From the NCBI RefSeq assembly GCF_001194135.2, contig NC_068981.1:42718628-42782627 (forward strand): a stretch of 64,000 bases of DNA. Reading direction: 5' to 3'. Positions 12,589 to 26,710 of the stretch are shown piece by piece (positions within the stretch are counted from its first letter, which is position 1; every line of letters starts with the position of its first letter). Under the pieces are notes generated by a model. It was not told where the DNA came from, did not search any database, and was given only the letters and a program-made list of their open reading frames with translations. The translations under genes and the position numbers were made by a program. The DNA comes from Octopus bimaculoides (taxonomy: Eukaryota).

Positions 12589-13195
12589 CTCTTTTATACT
12601 GCTCTTGCAAAATGGCCTGAAATTGCCCGTCCCTCGGCCGGCTCTTGCTTAGTATTCCGATCGTCCTGTTTACTGCCTCTTCCGCATTCCATTTCCTCCC
12701 TGTTCGTACCTTTGGAGAGTTTTCTCGGATGCCCTGATATTTTGAATACCTTAGCATCATTACTGTCCTCGCCTTTCCTGCTTTATATTCTTCGGTGATT
12801 GATGTTATTGATAGTTGCAGCACGGGTTTTCCATATAGTGCAGTTGTATTCAGTGGTTTCGGCAGACCAAGCCATTTTCTGATAAACACACTGCATCTTT
12901 GTTCTATCCTTTCTACTCTACTCGAGGCTGTTTCGTACATGTGCAATGGCCACATTATCCTTGGGTACAGTCCAAATTGCAGTATCCAACATTTGAATTT
13001 TCCCGGTAGTGTTGTTCTGTCAATTGCCTTTAATCCTTGTTCTACTAACTCGTGTGTTTCGTTCCCTTGCTTCTTATCATTTAATAAGTCTCTATACCAT
13101 CTACCGAGACTCTTTACTGGTTGTTCTTTCACCGTTGGTATGTCTTCACCTCCTATCCTGAATTTCACTTCTTGCACTCCTTTCACGAAAGCCAC
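12515..13195 (-). pseudogene. HERO-like RT C-terminal (thumb) region, frameshifted relative to the RLE ORF
   Basis: 226 aa ORF overlapping the RLE ORF in a different frame; the YADD core is absent because of 5' truncation. Confidence 0.85.
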
Positions 13196-13319
13196 GCTTC
13201 GAGATTGTCGTGCACGTCTTCATAGGGATTAATCTATACAGAGTGAAGAGGGTCCCTTAATGTGGTAACCTCCTACAGATGCTGTATCGTTAAAAACACT
13301 GGTGGTTGTAACAACTTTT

Positions 13320-13430
13320 CAACATAACCTTCTTTATAAAGTTAGTACTAGTTAAGTACTGGAGTCGATGTAATCCACTTTCCCCCTCCTCAGAAATTGC
13401 TGGCCTTGTGCCAAGATTTGAAATCAATAA
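13320..13430 (+). mobile_element. SINE family B 3' tail fragment
   Basis: tactggagtcgatgtaatccac...aaattgctggccttgtgccaagatttgaaa, matching the tail at 22880-22950. Confidence 0.5.
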
Positions 13431-14273
13431 TATAGGACATAGGCATAAGGCCACTAATTTCATGAAAGAGGATATATTAATTTACTTAAAGGGTATTTAT
13501 TTTACTTGAGCTCGAGCTCGGTACGATTGTTTGCTCGGAGCATATAAAGACTTCGCAAGACATTCAATCTACTTTTCTATCGGTTCTGTCAGTCCTCGCT
13601 CTCCACTGCGATAATATTAATAATAACAATCGCTTTTATTGCCTGTTTTAGCTTCTGCTAACTTAATAAGTAGTATTATTCGGCAATGATAGATATTACC
13701 ATCATTGCTTTTATTTTCAGATCAGAAGAAAGACCGGACTAAGATGGGTTAGCGATGCTGCAAATTATGCATCGTCAGATTATATACAAAGAGGAACTAG
13801 TTCAATGAAACGAGGTTGTCTGAGAATATATATCCAAACATCAAAATGTAAGAAATATATGAAATTAAACCTGGATATTTTGATGGACGAACAATTCACG
13901 AAATATCGTATTCATATTTATTTATGTATTCATATAAGTAGTGGGAGTAAAGTGTATGATAAGTAAACCTATTCATATACTTCGATTATATGTCTGTTTT
14001 TGATCATGCAGAATAATGGTTATTTTACAGATTCATGAATTCATACAGGGTAGTTATAACCATAAAATAGTTGCGATGCTGTTACGACATATATATATAC
14101 CCGCAAACGTAGACTGAAAAATATACACACTTATATATTAATACTTACATACATATAACTTAAACAATCAGTGTTCTCTACACTTTGTATGGAGTGGCCT
14201 CATCCTCTTCCGCTTAGAGACTGTTACATTTGAATGAATATGTCTGTGTATATGTTTATTATCTATAAAACTA

Positions 14274-14275
<2 letters not shown>

Positions 14276-14304
<29 letters not shown>

Positions 14305-14355
14305 CTTCTTCTTCTTCTTCTTCTTCTTCTTCTTCTTCTTCTTCTTCTTCTTCTT
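14276..14355. repeat. (CTT)n microsatellite running into a gap
   Basis: Perfect repeat. Confidence 0.95.
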
Positions 14356-15367
14356 NNNNNNNNNNNNNNNNNNNNNNNNNNNNNNNNNNNNNNNNNNNNN
14401 NNNNNNNNNNNNNNNNNNNNNNNNNNNNNNNNNNNNNNNNNNNNNNNNNNNNNNNNNNNNNNNNNNNNNNNNNNNNNNNNNNNNNNNNNNNNNNNNNNNN
14501 NNNNNNNNNNNNNNNNNNNNNNNNNNNNNNNNNNNNNNNNNNNNNNNNNNNNNNNNNNNNNNNNNNNNNNNNNNNNNNNNNNNNNNNNNNNNNNNNNNNN
14601 NNNNNNNNNNNNNNNNNNNNNNNNNNNNNNNNNNNNNNNNNNNNNNNNNNNNNNNNNNNNNNNNNNNNNNNNNNNNNNNNNNNNNNNNNNNNNNNNNNNN
14701 NNNNNNNNNNNNNNNNNNNNNNNNNNNNNNNNNNNNNNNNNNNNNNNNNNNNNNNNNNNNNNNNNNNNNNNNNNNNNNNNNNNNNNNNNNNNNNNNNNNN
14801 NNNNNNNNNNNNNNNNNNNNNNNNNNNNNNNNNNNNNNNNNNNNNNNNNNNNNNNNNNNNNNNNNNNNNNNNNNNNNNNNNNNNNNNNNNNNNNNNNNNN
14901 NNNNNNNNNNNNNNNNNNNNNNNNNNNNNNNNNNNNNNNNNNNNNNNNNNNNNNNNNNNNNNNNNNNNNNNNNNNNNNNNNNNNNNNNNNNNNNNNNNNN
15001 NNNNNNNNNNNNNNNNNNNNNNNNNNNNNNNNNNNNNNNNNNNNNNNNNNNNNNNNNNNNNNNNNNNNNNNNNNNNNNNNNNNNNNNNNNNNNNNNNNNN
15101 NNNNNNNNNNNNNNNNNNNNNNNNNNNNNNNNNNNNNNNNNNNNNNNNNNNNNNNNNNNNNNNNNNNNNNNNNNNNNNNNNNNNNNNNNNNNNNNNNNNN
15201 NNNNNNNNNNNNNNNNNNNNNNNNNNNNNNNNNNNNNNNNNNNNNNNNNNNNNNNNNNNNNNNNNNNNNNNNNNNNNNNNNNNNNNNNNNNNNNNNNNNN
15301 NNNNNNNNNNNCACACACTCACACACAGACACTCACACACACACACACTCACACACATATATACACA

Positions 15368-15407
<40 letters not shown>

Positions 15408-16509
15408 CACATATATATATGTATAAACACAATGTATATATATATATATTCATACAAACCTTGGGTATATACCGGTAGTATGCCGATTAAAGCATTTTTG
15501 CCGTCTATGTCTACCAGATATCATTCATAATATTGGTATATGTATTTATATATATTTATTTTATCATGGTATTTTAAAAAATGCTTTAATTTTTCAACAA
15601 TGTTGAAGTTTGTTAACCATTAAAAAATATTTTGTCATGTTCATAAAGTTGAATTAACGCTTTCATACCTTCGTAGTAATCATCAGCTTTCAAAAACCGT
15701 AACGTTTAAGCTGCATACAGATTGGTTAAAACTGTATCCCAAGAATTCGGCTTGTTGGAGCCCTCTAAGAGGTACAAGAAGGAAGAAGTCTGTCATAACC
15801 AGCCGAAATTGCAAAGATAATCTGGAACTCGACTGAGGAAAGAAAACTCCGAATGACCTGTCTTTGTTTTCTTTCTATCGTCTATCTGGATGCTTTGTTG
15901 TCCCTTTCTTGTATCACCTAACTGTCTGGATGTTTTGTGTTCTTGTCCCATTTTGTATTATATATATATATAAATATATATATATATGTATATANNNNNN
16001 NNNNNNNNNNNNNNNNNNNNNNNNNNNNNNNNNNNNNNNNNNNNNNNNNNNNNNNNNNNNNNNNNNNNNNNNNNNNNNNNNNNNNNNNNNNNNNNNNNNN
16101 NNNNNNNNNNNNNNNNNNNNNNNNNNNNNNNNNNNNNNNNNNNNNNNNNNNNNNNNNNNNNNNNNNNNNNNNNNNNNNNNNNNNNNNNNNNNNNNNNNNN
16201 NNNNNNNNNNNNNNNNNNNNNNNNNNNNNNNNNNNNNNNNNNNNNNNNNNNNNNNNNNNNNNNNNNNNNNNNNNNNNNNNNNNNNNNNNNNNNNNNNNNN
16301 NNNNNNNNNNNNNNNNNNNNNNNNNNNNNNNNNNNNNNNNNNNNNNNNNNNNNNNNNNNNNNNNNNNNNNNNNNNNNNNNNNNNNNNNNNNNNNNNNNNN
16401 NNNNNNNNNNNNNNNNNNNNNNNNNNNNNNNNNNNNNNNNNNNNNNNNNNNNNNNNNNNNNNNNNNNNNNNNNNNNNNNNNNNNNNNNNNNNNNNNNNNN
16501 NNNNNNNNN

Positions 16510-16562
<53 letters not shown>

Positions 16563-16628
16563 AAGTATATATATAGATATAGATAGATGTGTGTATATAT
16601 GTATATATACATACATATACATATATAT

Positions 16629-16665
<37 letters not shown>

Positions 16666-17029
16666 AAGAGAGAGATCTGATTGGTGATAGGATTGCTCTA
16701 AATATCCTTACTCTTTGTACATATATGATAGGGTTACCATATGCATTATACATATGTATCATATTTTCGATGTGCCATATATATTGGTTCCAAATTTTTA
16801 CACAAGGCCAACAATTTTGGAGGGATGGTTTGGTATTTGAGAGTGAGAGTTTAATCGAGTGCATCAACTCTTACTTATTTTTTTTTAAGGAATCCGACAG
16901 TCGATCTCCGAATTTGAACTCAGCGGATTTGAACTCAGAACGTTAAGACGCATGAAATGCGTATGTATGAGCATATGCACGTATAGGTACAGTTATAGAT
17001 GTCATTCCATGTATGGATCTTATTGCATA

Positions 17030-17250
17030 CAAAGCATCATCAATGTTTAACATATTTTGACAGTAATTTTGACAGTTTGTAGCTGTACTCTGCTGCTTAA
17101 CCGTGTTTTTCTGGTTTTGTGAATTCCGGTTTCTGAAGATTGCTATTGAAGGAGCTGATAGTCAAGTGCTCCAATAATTCTTGGTAAAAACTTAGGTTTA
17201 TTGTCCGAATAGAATGCCTGTAGATTTCTCATTAGATTGTCATAAATGCA
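17030..17250 (-). mobile_element. R4/Dong-like RLE 3' fragment
   Basis: [27 protein letters not shown] parallels YGQLLRKLQFLYPDHKFTFIPIMIASL in the 26 kb element. Confidence 0.55.
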
Positions 17251-17254
17251 TGCG

Positions 17255-17289
<35 letters not shown>

Positions 17290-18458
17290 GCGCACACGCG
17301 CGCACACGCACGCACACACACGCACACACACGCACATACACACACACGCATGCACACATGCACACACACACACATATATATGAAAATAAGATTGTCAAGG
17401 TTTGAGCGCCTTTGATCGTGAGTGTAATCGATAAGGCTTAATTGATTGGAACTAACTAACACCACCGCCAACAAAAACAATAATAACGATAACGTGCAGC
17501 GATGGCATTATATATTTAACAAACACTTAATGGGCTTTCGCAGCTACATTTAATGCCTCCTTGGGCACGGCTAGGTAAGGTTCTTATCCCAGCCCTTTTC
17601 CGCGTGGCCCAGTTCTATGTTCAAGTATACTATAGAAGAAATCCTTGTGTGTGGTATTCAGATGTAAGGATAGAAGAGATTATAATTTTCACTTTTCTGC
17701 TTTACACACACACCCACACACACGCACACACACACACACGCGTGCCCGCGCGCACGCACGGAAGCACACACAGTCACATTGCTGTCTTAGCGAATCTCCG
17801 GAAGACATGGATACCGATTCTATCTTAAAGGTTCATTGGAGTTACCACTTTATTAACTTAATTCGTGATGCAAATATCTATACAAGTCTTCAGTGTCTCG
17901 TACTTGTATCTCAAAGTGACAGCCTATTGGTCTACTTCGACCTATTCCTTATACATGAAACATAGCATTGTTTTTCAGCTGACTTCCTCTTCTTTGAAAC
18001 GAAACAATTGATACAAATTTCAAATTTGACACACGTCTGATGGATTTTCCTTCTTTTTCTCTCACTTTCACCTTCTCATTTTCTGTCTTCAGGAAGATAA
18101 ACTTAGAAACACAAATACTTAGAAACACAGACATATATTTAAACAATCATAAATTCATACATAATCTATACGGTCCTTAAATGAAGCCTTTATGTAGCAG
18201 TTCGTTCTGCTATAATTAGTAGGTAAACCCTATTAAAATCAAACGCTATCGATTTATAATCAGAACTCTTTGTATGGTGTGGTCTTAAACAGAGTATATC
18301 TGCAAAAAGATCGTATGGTGACGGATTGAATGACTGTAAACATGTCTGTTCTATATGTGGTGCCTTGAGGATAAATAACAACAGGTAAGATACAGTGTGT
18401 ACATATAAACATATTCAGGCATACACATGCACTCACACTTACATTCACATGCAGATAC

Positions 18459-18506
<48 letters not shown>

Positions 18507-19250
18507 ATACACACTCACACACACACATATATATGTTCCCAATGAAAGAGTCGACATACTTTTTGAACACTGACCAAATTCCAAATATTTTAACCAACCA
18601 ACCAACCAACCGACCAATCAACCAACCAGCCACAATAACATTACCAAAAGCAGATGTTCAGACACGCACACACAAAGACACATACAAAGACATACACGTA
18701 CACGCACACTCATACACACATGCAAGCTAACGCATTATAATTAAGAAATAAAAATAATTGGTTTAGCAAGGACTTTCTAATAGCCACATAAAAATCGCTT
18801 AAATTTGAAAATTCATTAACAATAAATATGTCTTAAATTAGTTTCATAATTAAAATCAGTCGCAGACAAACAACTTTGTAAAATCTCTAATATTTACGAA
18901 CGACAAAATTTACAAGCACAATACGGTAAAAAGCTCATGCCGAACCAAACTTGACCAAAATTCATGTCAAAATGAATCGAAAAAAAAGGAGTTAAGTAAA
19001 TAAAAAATGAACAATCAAACTAACAACACAAAAAATAATTAAGGAAGACCCCAAAATATCAGCCAATCAGAAAATGTACAACGTAAACAAATGAACAAAC
19101 AAGCATAAGACTAGAATCACAACACCAAATGAAAATATACCATCACAAAAGAGTTGTAACAGTTCTAACCAGAAGATCACAGTGGCGGGAAACTCGAATC
19201 GTATGGTAAATGTTCAGATTCAATAACCTACATACATATAAAAAGGGTAG

Positions 19251-19380
19251 AGACCTCCCTTTGATCATGAATGACTATGGCATTGCACTTAGAAAGTTCC
19301 CCTCTGAGGCACAAGCTCGGGTAAGTTTGTTTATTGAAGACCAGTAGTCGCCCATGCATACCAGCCTTCCTTCTCCATGC
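19251..19380 (-). mobile_element. SINE family C 3' tail fragment
   Basis: Reverse complement of the tail at 36710-36836 (cttgtgcctc..agggtaact...ccat.gtcattcatga). Confidence 0.7.
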
Positions 19381-20199
19381 CTCACTTATTTGTGTCTAGC
19401 ACAATGAGAATAAAAAAGAGGTAAATGTATAAAAAATATAAATGAACATGTGCGCATGGAAATAACTAGCCAGTTATAGGGAAAATTGACTCTCGACGAA
19501 CATAAAATGCACACCAGAGTGGACTAATAACAGCCAACACTGAAGGAAAATTATGAGAATCGACGAAAAAAATAGAAAACAAAATTCAGTAAACATGTAT
19601 CAATGACAGTATGTTTTTGTAGCTTCAGATAAACATTCATCTCCACAAATTACCTATGACCCTCAAAGAAATTGTTTCAACAGTAACAAATGTAGCCAAC
19701 AGCAGGCTGAATAATTTAATACATTCACAGACCTTGCAGTACTGTTAGATATTGTTTGATGCTAATAGGAACAGATTTTTCTTAAACCACGGACACTAGA
19801 AAAACAACCAAAAGAAAAGAAAAAAACAGTGAAAAGAAGATATATAAACGTGATAAAAATACGATAGACTTAATGAAGTAGGAAGGGAGAGTCTAATATG
19901 GAAAATAGAAACACAAACAAACTTCAGGTTAAGAAAATATAACATACAAAATGATGATATACAGGAAGTTAAATAAAAACTTAATGAAACCATCTTAGCA
20001 AAGTCATACTGTAAAAGGCGCTTCGTGAGAACATTTTTCATGATAATAAAATATTTTCAACAAATTCTAGAAGTTTCTAAAGAGATGAACAACAAAAAAT
20101 ATTGAAATACCAACATCTTCAGAAATCAACTCATATTTCAAACATATTTTAAAGAAAATATGAAATGAAGAAATTTCTTTATATTCAAGGAATACAGGA

Positions 20200-21560
20200 T
20201 ATAAGTTTGGGGGAAAATGTAAAGAATGTAGGCATCACTCGTGGACAGCCCTATATGTCTATCGTACAGGTCACGAATACAATAAAAGCAGCTAGTACCT
20301 GGAAATCTTCCTGACTCGAAGTCCTTAACTTCTAAAAGGCGTATGTAAACAGTATTCTTTAATAAGTGGCAAAAACATTTAACATATTGCCAGAAGACAA
20401 TATTAATCCGGAAAACTAAAACAAAATCCAGAACACTAAGACTTTTTATTCAACCTTTATATACATTTTCATTGGCGGTCTGGTTGTTAACCTTGGAAGT
20501 ATTAACAGTATAACAGATGAATATAAATTGTATCGTAAAGGGGTATATGAAAGTTAACAGTTATTTACCAATCACGCAATTATTGAACAGAATATGAAGG
20601 AAAAGAAAATCCTGAGTACACCATGGATTCATAACAAACAAGTATTTTGCAGCATAAACCCTTTTACCAATTTTGATAACACTATGACAGTAAAACTAAA
20701 AATGCAATACTTAATACTAAAAGAATATAGGAAGGATGTCATTAAGAGAAGAAAAGAATTACATCACTGCAGGCCAGGAAGATGGGGATAAAATTTAGCC
20801 CTATTGTCATAAGATGGAAAATTTTTCATTCTGATTACACTTGAGGGTAGTTTTGATATTACAAATTTCCTGGGTAAAAACCTCCGTTTGCACATTTCGA
20901 ACCCATCTATAACGAAGCCATTATAAATAAAATATATCTTCTAACATACGATAGAAGGCGCTTTGTACATTAGGAAATAGAGAAAAGAACAACAACAAAA
21001 ATACTTTAAAGCAAATGTCGGTGATTAATTCAATAAGGAAACATTTTGAGAACAAAACCAAAATACGCTGAAGACAAATGTCTTAAATGAGAACAAAGCA
21101 ACAAAAAATCTGAAAAATACTTATGATATAATAAAAGACTGAAACTAAAAATTTTCCAAAGACAAAAAGAGAAAGGCCTCTCCCCTGGCAATATTCTAGA
21201 CAGCGCAGAAATAAATAAGAAGAGCTCAAAGCACTGGATGAAATGCAGAAACCGAAGATTTGATTTTAGCTACTCAATATCAATTCCCATCCGCAAATAA
21301 CTACAAAAAGTAAAATAGATATACAATCATCGCAGAGAAATAAATGATCATATCATTTCTGGTCGCCAGACATTTACTAAGTCAGAATATACCCACATAC
21401 CAGGTATATTCATTCAGTAATTTGCTGATACAAATGGAATAAACCTGTATCAAACCCGCCTTACAATATGGAAGGTTGATATCTGTGATCTACTGGTCCA
21501 GACTGAAAAGTTTATTAAAGAAAACCACCACCCAAATTAGGGACACGGACTCCAGTTACT
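20200..21560 (+). mobile_element. Heavily decayed Dong/R4-like RT-RLE retrotransposon
   Basis: In order: STWKSS (cf. WKSPG), IIEQNMKEKKILSTPWIHNKQVFCSI (cf. WIDYKKAFDS), ETEDLILATQYQ (cf. ETEGLILAAQDQ), DHIISGRQTFTKSEYTH (cf. HIISGC..LAKSEYIHRH). Many stops and frameshifts. May extend to about 19440. Confidence 0.55.
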
Positions 21561-22729
21561 CTTGAAAGATACACAACTGAATCACGAAAACCTATCAATC
21601 TACAGTTATTAACAGGTCTAGAAGTTCCTGTTTGTTGATTTCTTGATGTGTGATAACTCCAAAACATGGCTAGGGTCGTCCCCTACTTCTAAAAATTGGA
21701 CCCCCCCCCACTACATGTCATATTTTTCGGTTTTGCTCTTCTGCCATTTTTATCGGAATTAATCATATAATTTATTATTTTTCTCTGAGCTAAAGAATGT
21801 AATTTTAATTAATTAAATTTTGTTGCCCTACTACGTCAAATATTCTAAGTACATACTTTATAATTTAGTTTCCATGCAGCTAGTGTCTGGTTAATCTTCT
21901 CAGCTATTCTTTCAAATTATTACAACGAATAGTCTGTATTTACATACATCTTATATGTAACTAAATTAGATGCATTATACAACCACCTTTCCATTACACT
22001 AGAAAGGCAACACCATATATACACCCTGGACATTAGTGTACAATTACTAAAACCTATTCTCGCATATTTTCGGTTTTGTACTCAAACCCGATAACACTAT
22101 ATTATATATACGTATAAAATTTTTTTTAAATATCGTGCAATTTAGCAATATCATGTGATCAGGATTTCTGAGGACCCACACTCTGTATACATACACTCGC
22201 GCGCATGCACACTCATACACACACGTACAAACACATACATCGCAGGGAGTCCACAACTCCATTCCGACTATTCCAAAAGGTTAGTGCAGCGATTGCAACC
22301 CCTGCACAAAATCTATTCTTTGCAAAATTATCGAACATCATCTTGCTCTATTACTGTCGCAAAAGCCATGTAACTGAACCTTCTTATTTGACAAATGATG
22401 TCATTCAAGCAAGATTATTTAAGAACAGTCTATAATTGTTGACACTGAGAGTATCGATATATAAAAGTTCACATTGCATTCTACATACCCTAGTCTCTGG
22501 TTCTAATAATCTAGCTTCTAATTTAAACCGGTTCGTTGTTGAATTTGTGTCGCAATGGACATATTATCATGCACAGGCTTTATAATTAATGAAACCTGTG
22601 AGTGGAACAACTAATACTCTGTTTTAATTGATACCATCTTTTAATGTTTGCTTATTTTTTCAATGACTTAAATTGCCGATTGAGCGAATTCTTCCAATAT
22701 TGTATTTTAATATTATTACTTTAAATTAA

Positions 22730-22950
22730 GGCGGCGAGCTGACAGAATCGTTAATTCGCCGGGACAAAATACTTAGCGGTATTTTGTATGTCTCTATTTT
22801 TCTAAGTTCAAATACCGTCGAGGTCGACTTTGCCTTTCATCCTTTCGGGGTCGATAAATAAATACCAGTTGAGCACTGGGGTCAATGTAATCGACTAGCT
22901 CTCTTCACCGAAATTACTGGTCTTGTGCAAAAATTTGAAACCAATATTAC
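22730..22950 (+). mobile_element. SINE family B (full length)
   Basis: ggcggcgagctgacagaatcgtt...aagttcaaatacc...gactttgcctttcatcctttcggggtcgataaa...ttgtgcaaaaatttgaaacc. Confidence 0.85.
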
Positions 22951-23109
22951 CATCTATAGTTTCGAATGTTCATGTTTTATGACACTATTTCCTGCTCACC
23001 GTCATCTTTTTCTTCCCCTCCACCACCATCACACTTATCACCATCGTCGTCGTTGTTCTCCTCTCCTTTCTCCTTCTCCTCATCAAAATCATTATCCCCA
23101 TATTCGACC

Positions 23110-24960
23110 AAATCTTCATTTTTAATCGTGATAATGCGCAAAAATGTGGGATTTGAAATTCCTTTACGTAATATAATTCATAATGAAATGCTATCATTTG
23201 TAAGACTTATCTCAAAATCTGTTCGAAGGTCACTTTCGATAAACAACAATCTTTGCTAAACAATAAAATCAAATTCTCCATTTTCTATTTTTGAGCAGAC
23301 AGAAAATGCTATGATTTCTAAGCACACTATACAATCGCAAAGGGTTTCATTCAAAATTTGAGTATCCCGCTAAAACCGTGATTAAGGATCTTGTGAAAGT
23401 AATTCCGATATAGCCCTTTGACTTCCGTCAATAGTAAAGGTACTCTCTTTTGTGACATCTTAACACTAAACTATTGGCTTTGCTACTACTGTCAAGATTA
23501 TATGTTTAAATACCTTCATGTTCCCTGACTTTCCATGACAGAGGAAATCGCGCTCACGAAGCAATGCAAACAGCGATATGTGATCTAATTAATAATCAAT
23601 ATATTTCCCATATAACTGATAAATCCAAGAACAATTTAAATACTTATTATTCTATGGTGGTTTTACAAACATAATTCTTGCTACAAACTGGGGATTTGAT
23701 GATAACCTCCATTTTCTCTCCATATCACGAAGGAATAAAATAATCAGTCTATAACACAGATTTAGCTCAATTGATCGCTAAAACTAAATATTACAGTCAT
23801 TTTGTGATCTTATATGCCTAGATCTATAGACTGTCAACAGTTTTAGCACCAATACAAACATTATCCTGATAAATTACAATATTATCTATGCTATTTCTCG
23901 CATGTTCATTCCTCCTTTGAATCGTAGTGCAACCCTTTATTAAAACATTTGTGTGACATACACACAGTGGTGTATTTATGATAGTAACTTCACTTCATTC
24001 AGAACACATTTCTATCTGATTACATGCATGTTTTAAATCCAGTTTAGTAAATAATTCAACTCGGAATGGGAATGAATTATCGATTCACTATTGGATTTGG
24101 ATAAGAACCTCAACAAATTCTTTCATTTACACCTAATTTATAGTCACCACCTACCCCCACATCTCCATCTGCTTTTTGCACAACCACTGAAGGAGCGCTA
24201 TCGTGAGAAACTTCCAAATGACTTCCATTAATTAGTTTTCACAGCTTCATGGTGACTAATGGTTTAATGTGCATTGCTAATGGGCTTGCCTCAAAATAAG
24301 ATGGCCTAGTATTTCATTTGAGAAGAATGCTAGCATTAAACCCTCTTAATCTTCCAAATTTTCCTGGAGCTTCAATCTCATGAATTAATGTTGAACTATC
24401 AACATTCATCACGTCCACACCAAGCAAGCAAGCCATGATTTCTTTACATGCACAAACAATGACACCCATAACTTTTATGTTCTTATCAGTTTCAATTAAT
24501 GCATCAAGCTTCACCAAAATTTCAATGAATGATTCATCAAATTAAATTTAGTTTAAATTTAAACTTTCGTCATTTTAGTTTATTCAAATCAGTCAAGGTC
24601 TGATATATCTGATATATTACAGAATGTGACTGTGAGTGTCATCTTGGATTTTAAGGTTAACATTGTTGAGTTTTTCGTTGATCATTGCAGCATTTTTATA
24701 CCGTTTTCATGAATATTTGTGAATCTTCATTATCACTTTCATCAATTTCCTCACACGATTTTTTTTTATTGATTTACATATTGCTTCGAAATGAGTATTT
24801 TTCTACATTCTATGCACGTTTTAGTAAATGCATGACATTTTGATGTTGTATGTTTATATCTGGATAAGAAAACCTGAGAATCAGATTTATACTTGTTTCT
24901 ATGAGCATGAGGCACTTGTCACATGTTTATATGAATGTTTTTTCATCGCCGGTACTTTAG
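23110..24960 (-). mobile_element. Decayed Ty3/Gypsy gag-pro-RT-RNaseH remnant
   Basis: Colinear motifs: CHAFTKTCIECRKNTHFEAICKS (gag CCHC), GRLRGFNASILLK*NTRPSYFEASP, VVVQKADGDV...GDYK, FTKLDLKHACNQIE, TIINTPL, VIYQDN (YxDD), TIDGSQRAIS (RNase H), YVKEFQIPHFCALSRL. Confidence 0.8.
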
Positions 24961-24975
24961 AAATATCCTAAAGAT

Positions 24976-25335
24976 CACCAGGCGTGATCGCATCAAAAAC
25001 GATGAAATCACGAGAAGAGCTGTTGGAAGTATAGTGCAAGGCACCAACACAGCCAGACGAAGTCGTTTGGTCACGTATTAAGATTAACGTTGGAGAGGCC
25101 GGCAAGGACAACTGTTAAGTAGACAGTTCAAAGAAGAAAGAGAAAGAGATGCAGACCGTTGTAGATGTAGCAAGAGACTGTGCAGGAAAATTTGACTGAG
25201 ATGGTTGTCACCTTGGAAGAAGGGTGCAGTTTGGCTCACACTGGAGTTTGGAAAGCTATTGTCACCCAACGCTCTTTCAACAAACGGATATAACATCATC
25301 AGTTCTGGTAGCATGAATAGATCAAGTCGACTTAC
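24976..25335 (+). mobile_element. RTE-clade LINE 3' end
   Basis: TRRDRIKNDEITRR, a decayed RLRWFGHV-like segment, VQENLTEM, WKAIVTQ. Confidence 0.6.
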
Positions 25336-25949
25336 GTCTTGATTTTAGTTATCTGAAATTTAGAGAAAACTTTCACGTTTCTAAATGAATCCATTGCATA
25401 TGTTAAACACCTTGTAACCAGAATGAAAGTATTCTAATACTTTTATACAGTGCATAGATGATTTTTTGTTATCATCAATGAGCCTAAGCTGATTCTTCGT
25501 TAGTATTACGGGTACTCATTTTCGGCAGATTGTACTAGAGCAATGTAAATTAGAGCGCCTTCAGCAAGAAAGAAAAACTAGACAATAAATGTTCCTGAAG
25601 ATCTAGTGAAGTGCTATCTACCCTTGCTGAAATTCAGTTTGATATCTTTTACACATATTCCGATATTAGATATGTTTGAATTATATACTGGGAATATTTT
25701 GACAAATATGTGTTCAATCCCCTTACGGGTCTTAGTGACAACTATCCATATCATATACGCTATATTCTCTTAAAATCTCCGATTACATTCATCCAGTGAA
25801 ATTATTTTATAGGGTTCTGAAATACCATTGATATAATGCGCAGTCATCTGGGATAGTTCAAGATTCTTCAATTCAGAACAGTTTTCTTTGCATGGTGAAA
25901 CTATTACAACATATAATACCCAGTAACAAATGTGAAATATGTTCTCTTC

Positions 25950-26710
25950 TGTTTTAAGTATTTAAATTCTTTCTGCGAAGAAAGAGCTGACTTCTAACAA
26001 AGATACAAAGAATAGAAAGCTCCATCGTTGGAATGTAGATAACGCAAAATAATGTCACATTTCAAGCTTGAGAACAGTCTTGCATATTTTTACGGTTCCA
26101 GTTACACATTGTATTTGCAGCATGTTTGTTATTTCGTAAATTTTTTTCACTGAAAATCCAAGCTTATCCAGATTGTCAGTTAAGCATCTGGTCACAAAAC
26201 CAAGACTAGCAATCATTATTGGTATAAATGTGAATTTATGATCTGGTTATAGAAACTGGAGTTTTCGAAGCAGCTGTCCATAATTGTCCTCCTTTGATTT
26301 CCAAAGAGATATTCACAACAGCAGGACAGCTGACCTTTATGATGGTATATACATATACTTGCCCGTCCCAAACAACAATATCTGCCATGTTATGTTCACA
26401 CTTTACAGACGTTTTGATGCGAATATTCCACCAGTATACTTTGTGTTGATATTTGTGTACGCATCCAATAATGGAGATTTTCTATATTTATTCCAGGACC
26501 GTCTTTTTTCCTCATGGCATTGTATATTGTATTTGTGATAACATTGTGTCTCATAGTGATGCAGTAACTTGATATCATATCTTAGGCCAGCAACTAATCA
26601 CATGTGCGATGTTTTCCACAGAAATATGACAGAATCTACATTTTCCGTTGTATATTGGAACTCCAAGTACTTCCCTGTCTCTTTTGTTTATTAGGTATGT
26701 ATATTTGTCC
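25950..26710 (-). mobile_element. 5'-truncated R4/Dong-like RLE retrotransposon
   Basis: KCRFCHISVENIAHVISCW (CCHC-like), MRHNVIT (RHN), ADIVVWD (PD), IIKVSCP, NYGQLL, FIPIMIASLG, VKICKTVL. Confidence 0.75.

Larger units (their letters stand above)
11621..13235 (-). mobile_element. 5'-truncated HERO-like (R2-group, RLE-bearing) non-LTR retrotransposon
   Basis: RT C-terminus IPTVKEQPVKSLG, LPGKFKCWILQFGLYPRIMWPL, RKWLGLP, VRTGRKWNAEEAV, followed by a CCHC knuckle and RLE. The motif order and wording match my recollection of HERO-clade proteins. Confidence 0.85.

Noticed and set aside
13721-13847. Apparent 127-nt exon (ttattttcag acceptor, gtaaga donor, one open frame)
   Set aside because: The peptides (LRWVSDAA; RQIIYKEELVQ) look like a decayed RTE LRWxGHxxR...QILYGEL segment, so it is more likely a LINE fossil with chance splice sites.
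24314-24517. 67-aa ORF that looks like a host exon
   Set aside because: It is the protease-to-RT junction of the Gypsy fossil. My first reading of 23.1-24.3 kb as a plus-strand Penelope RT was also dropped once the minus-strand Gypsy motifs proved colinear.
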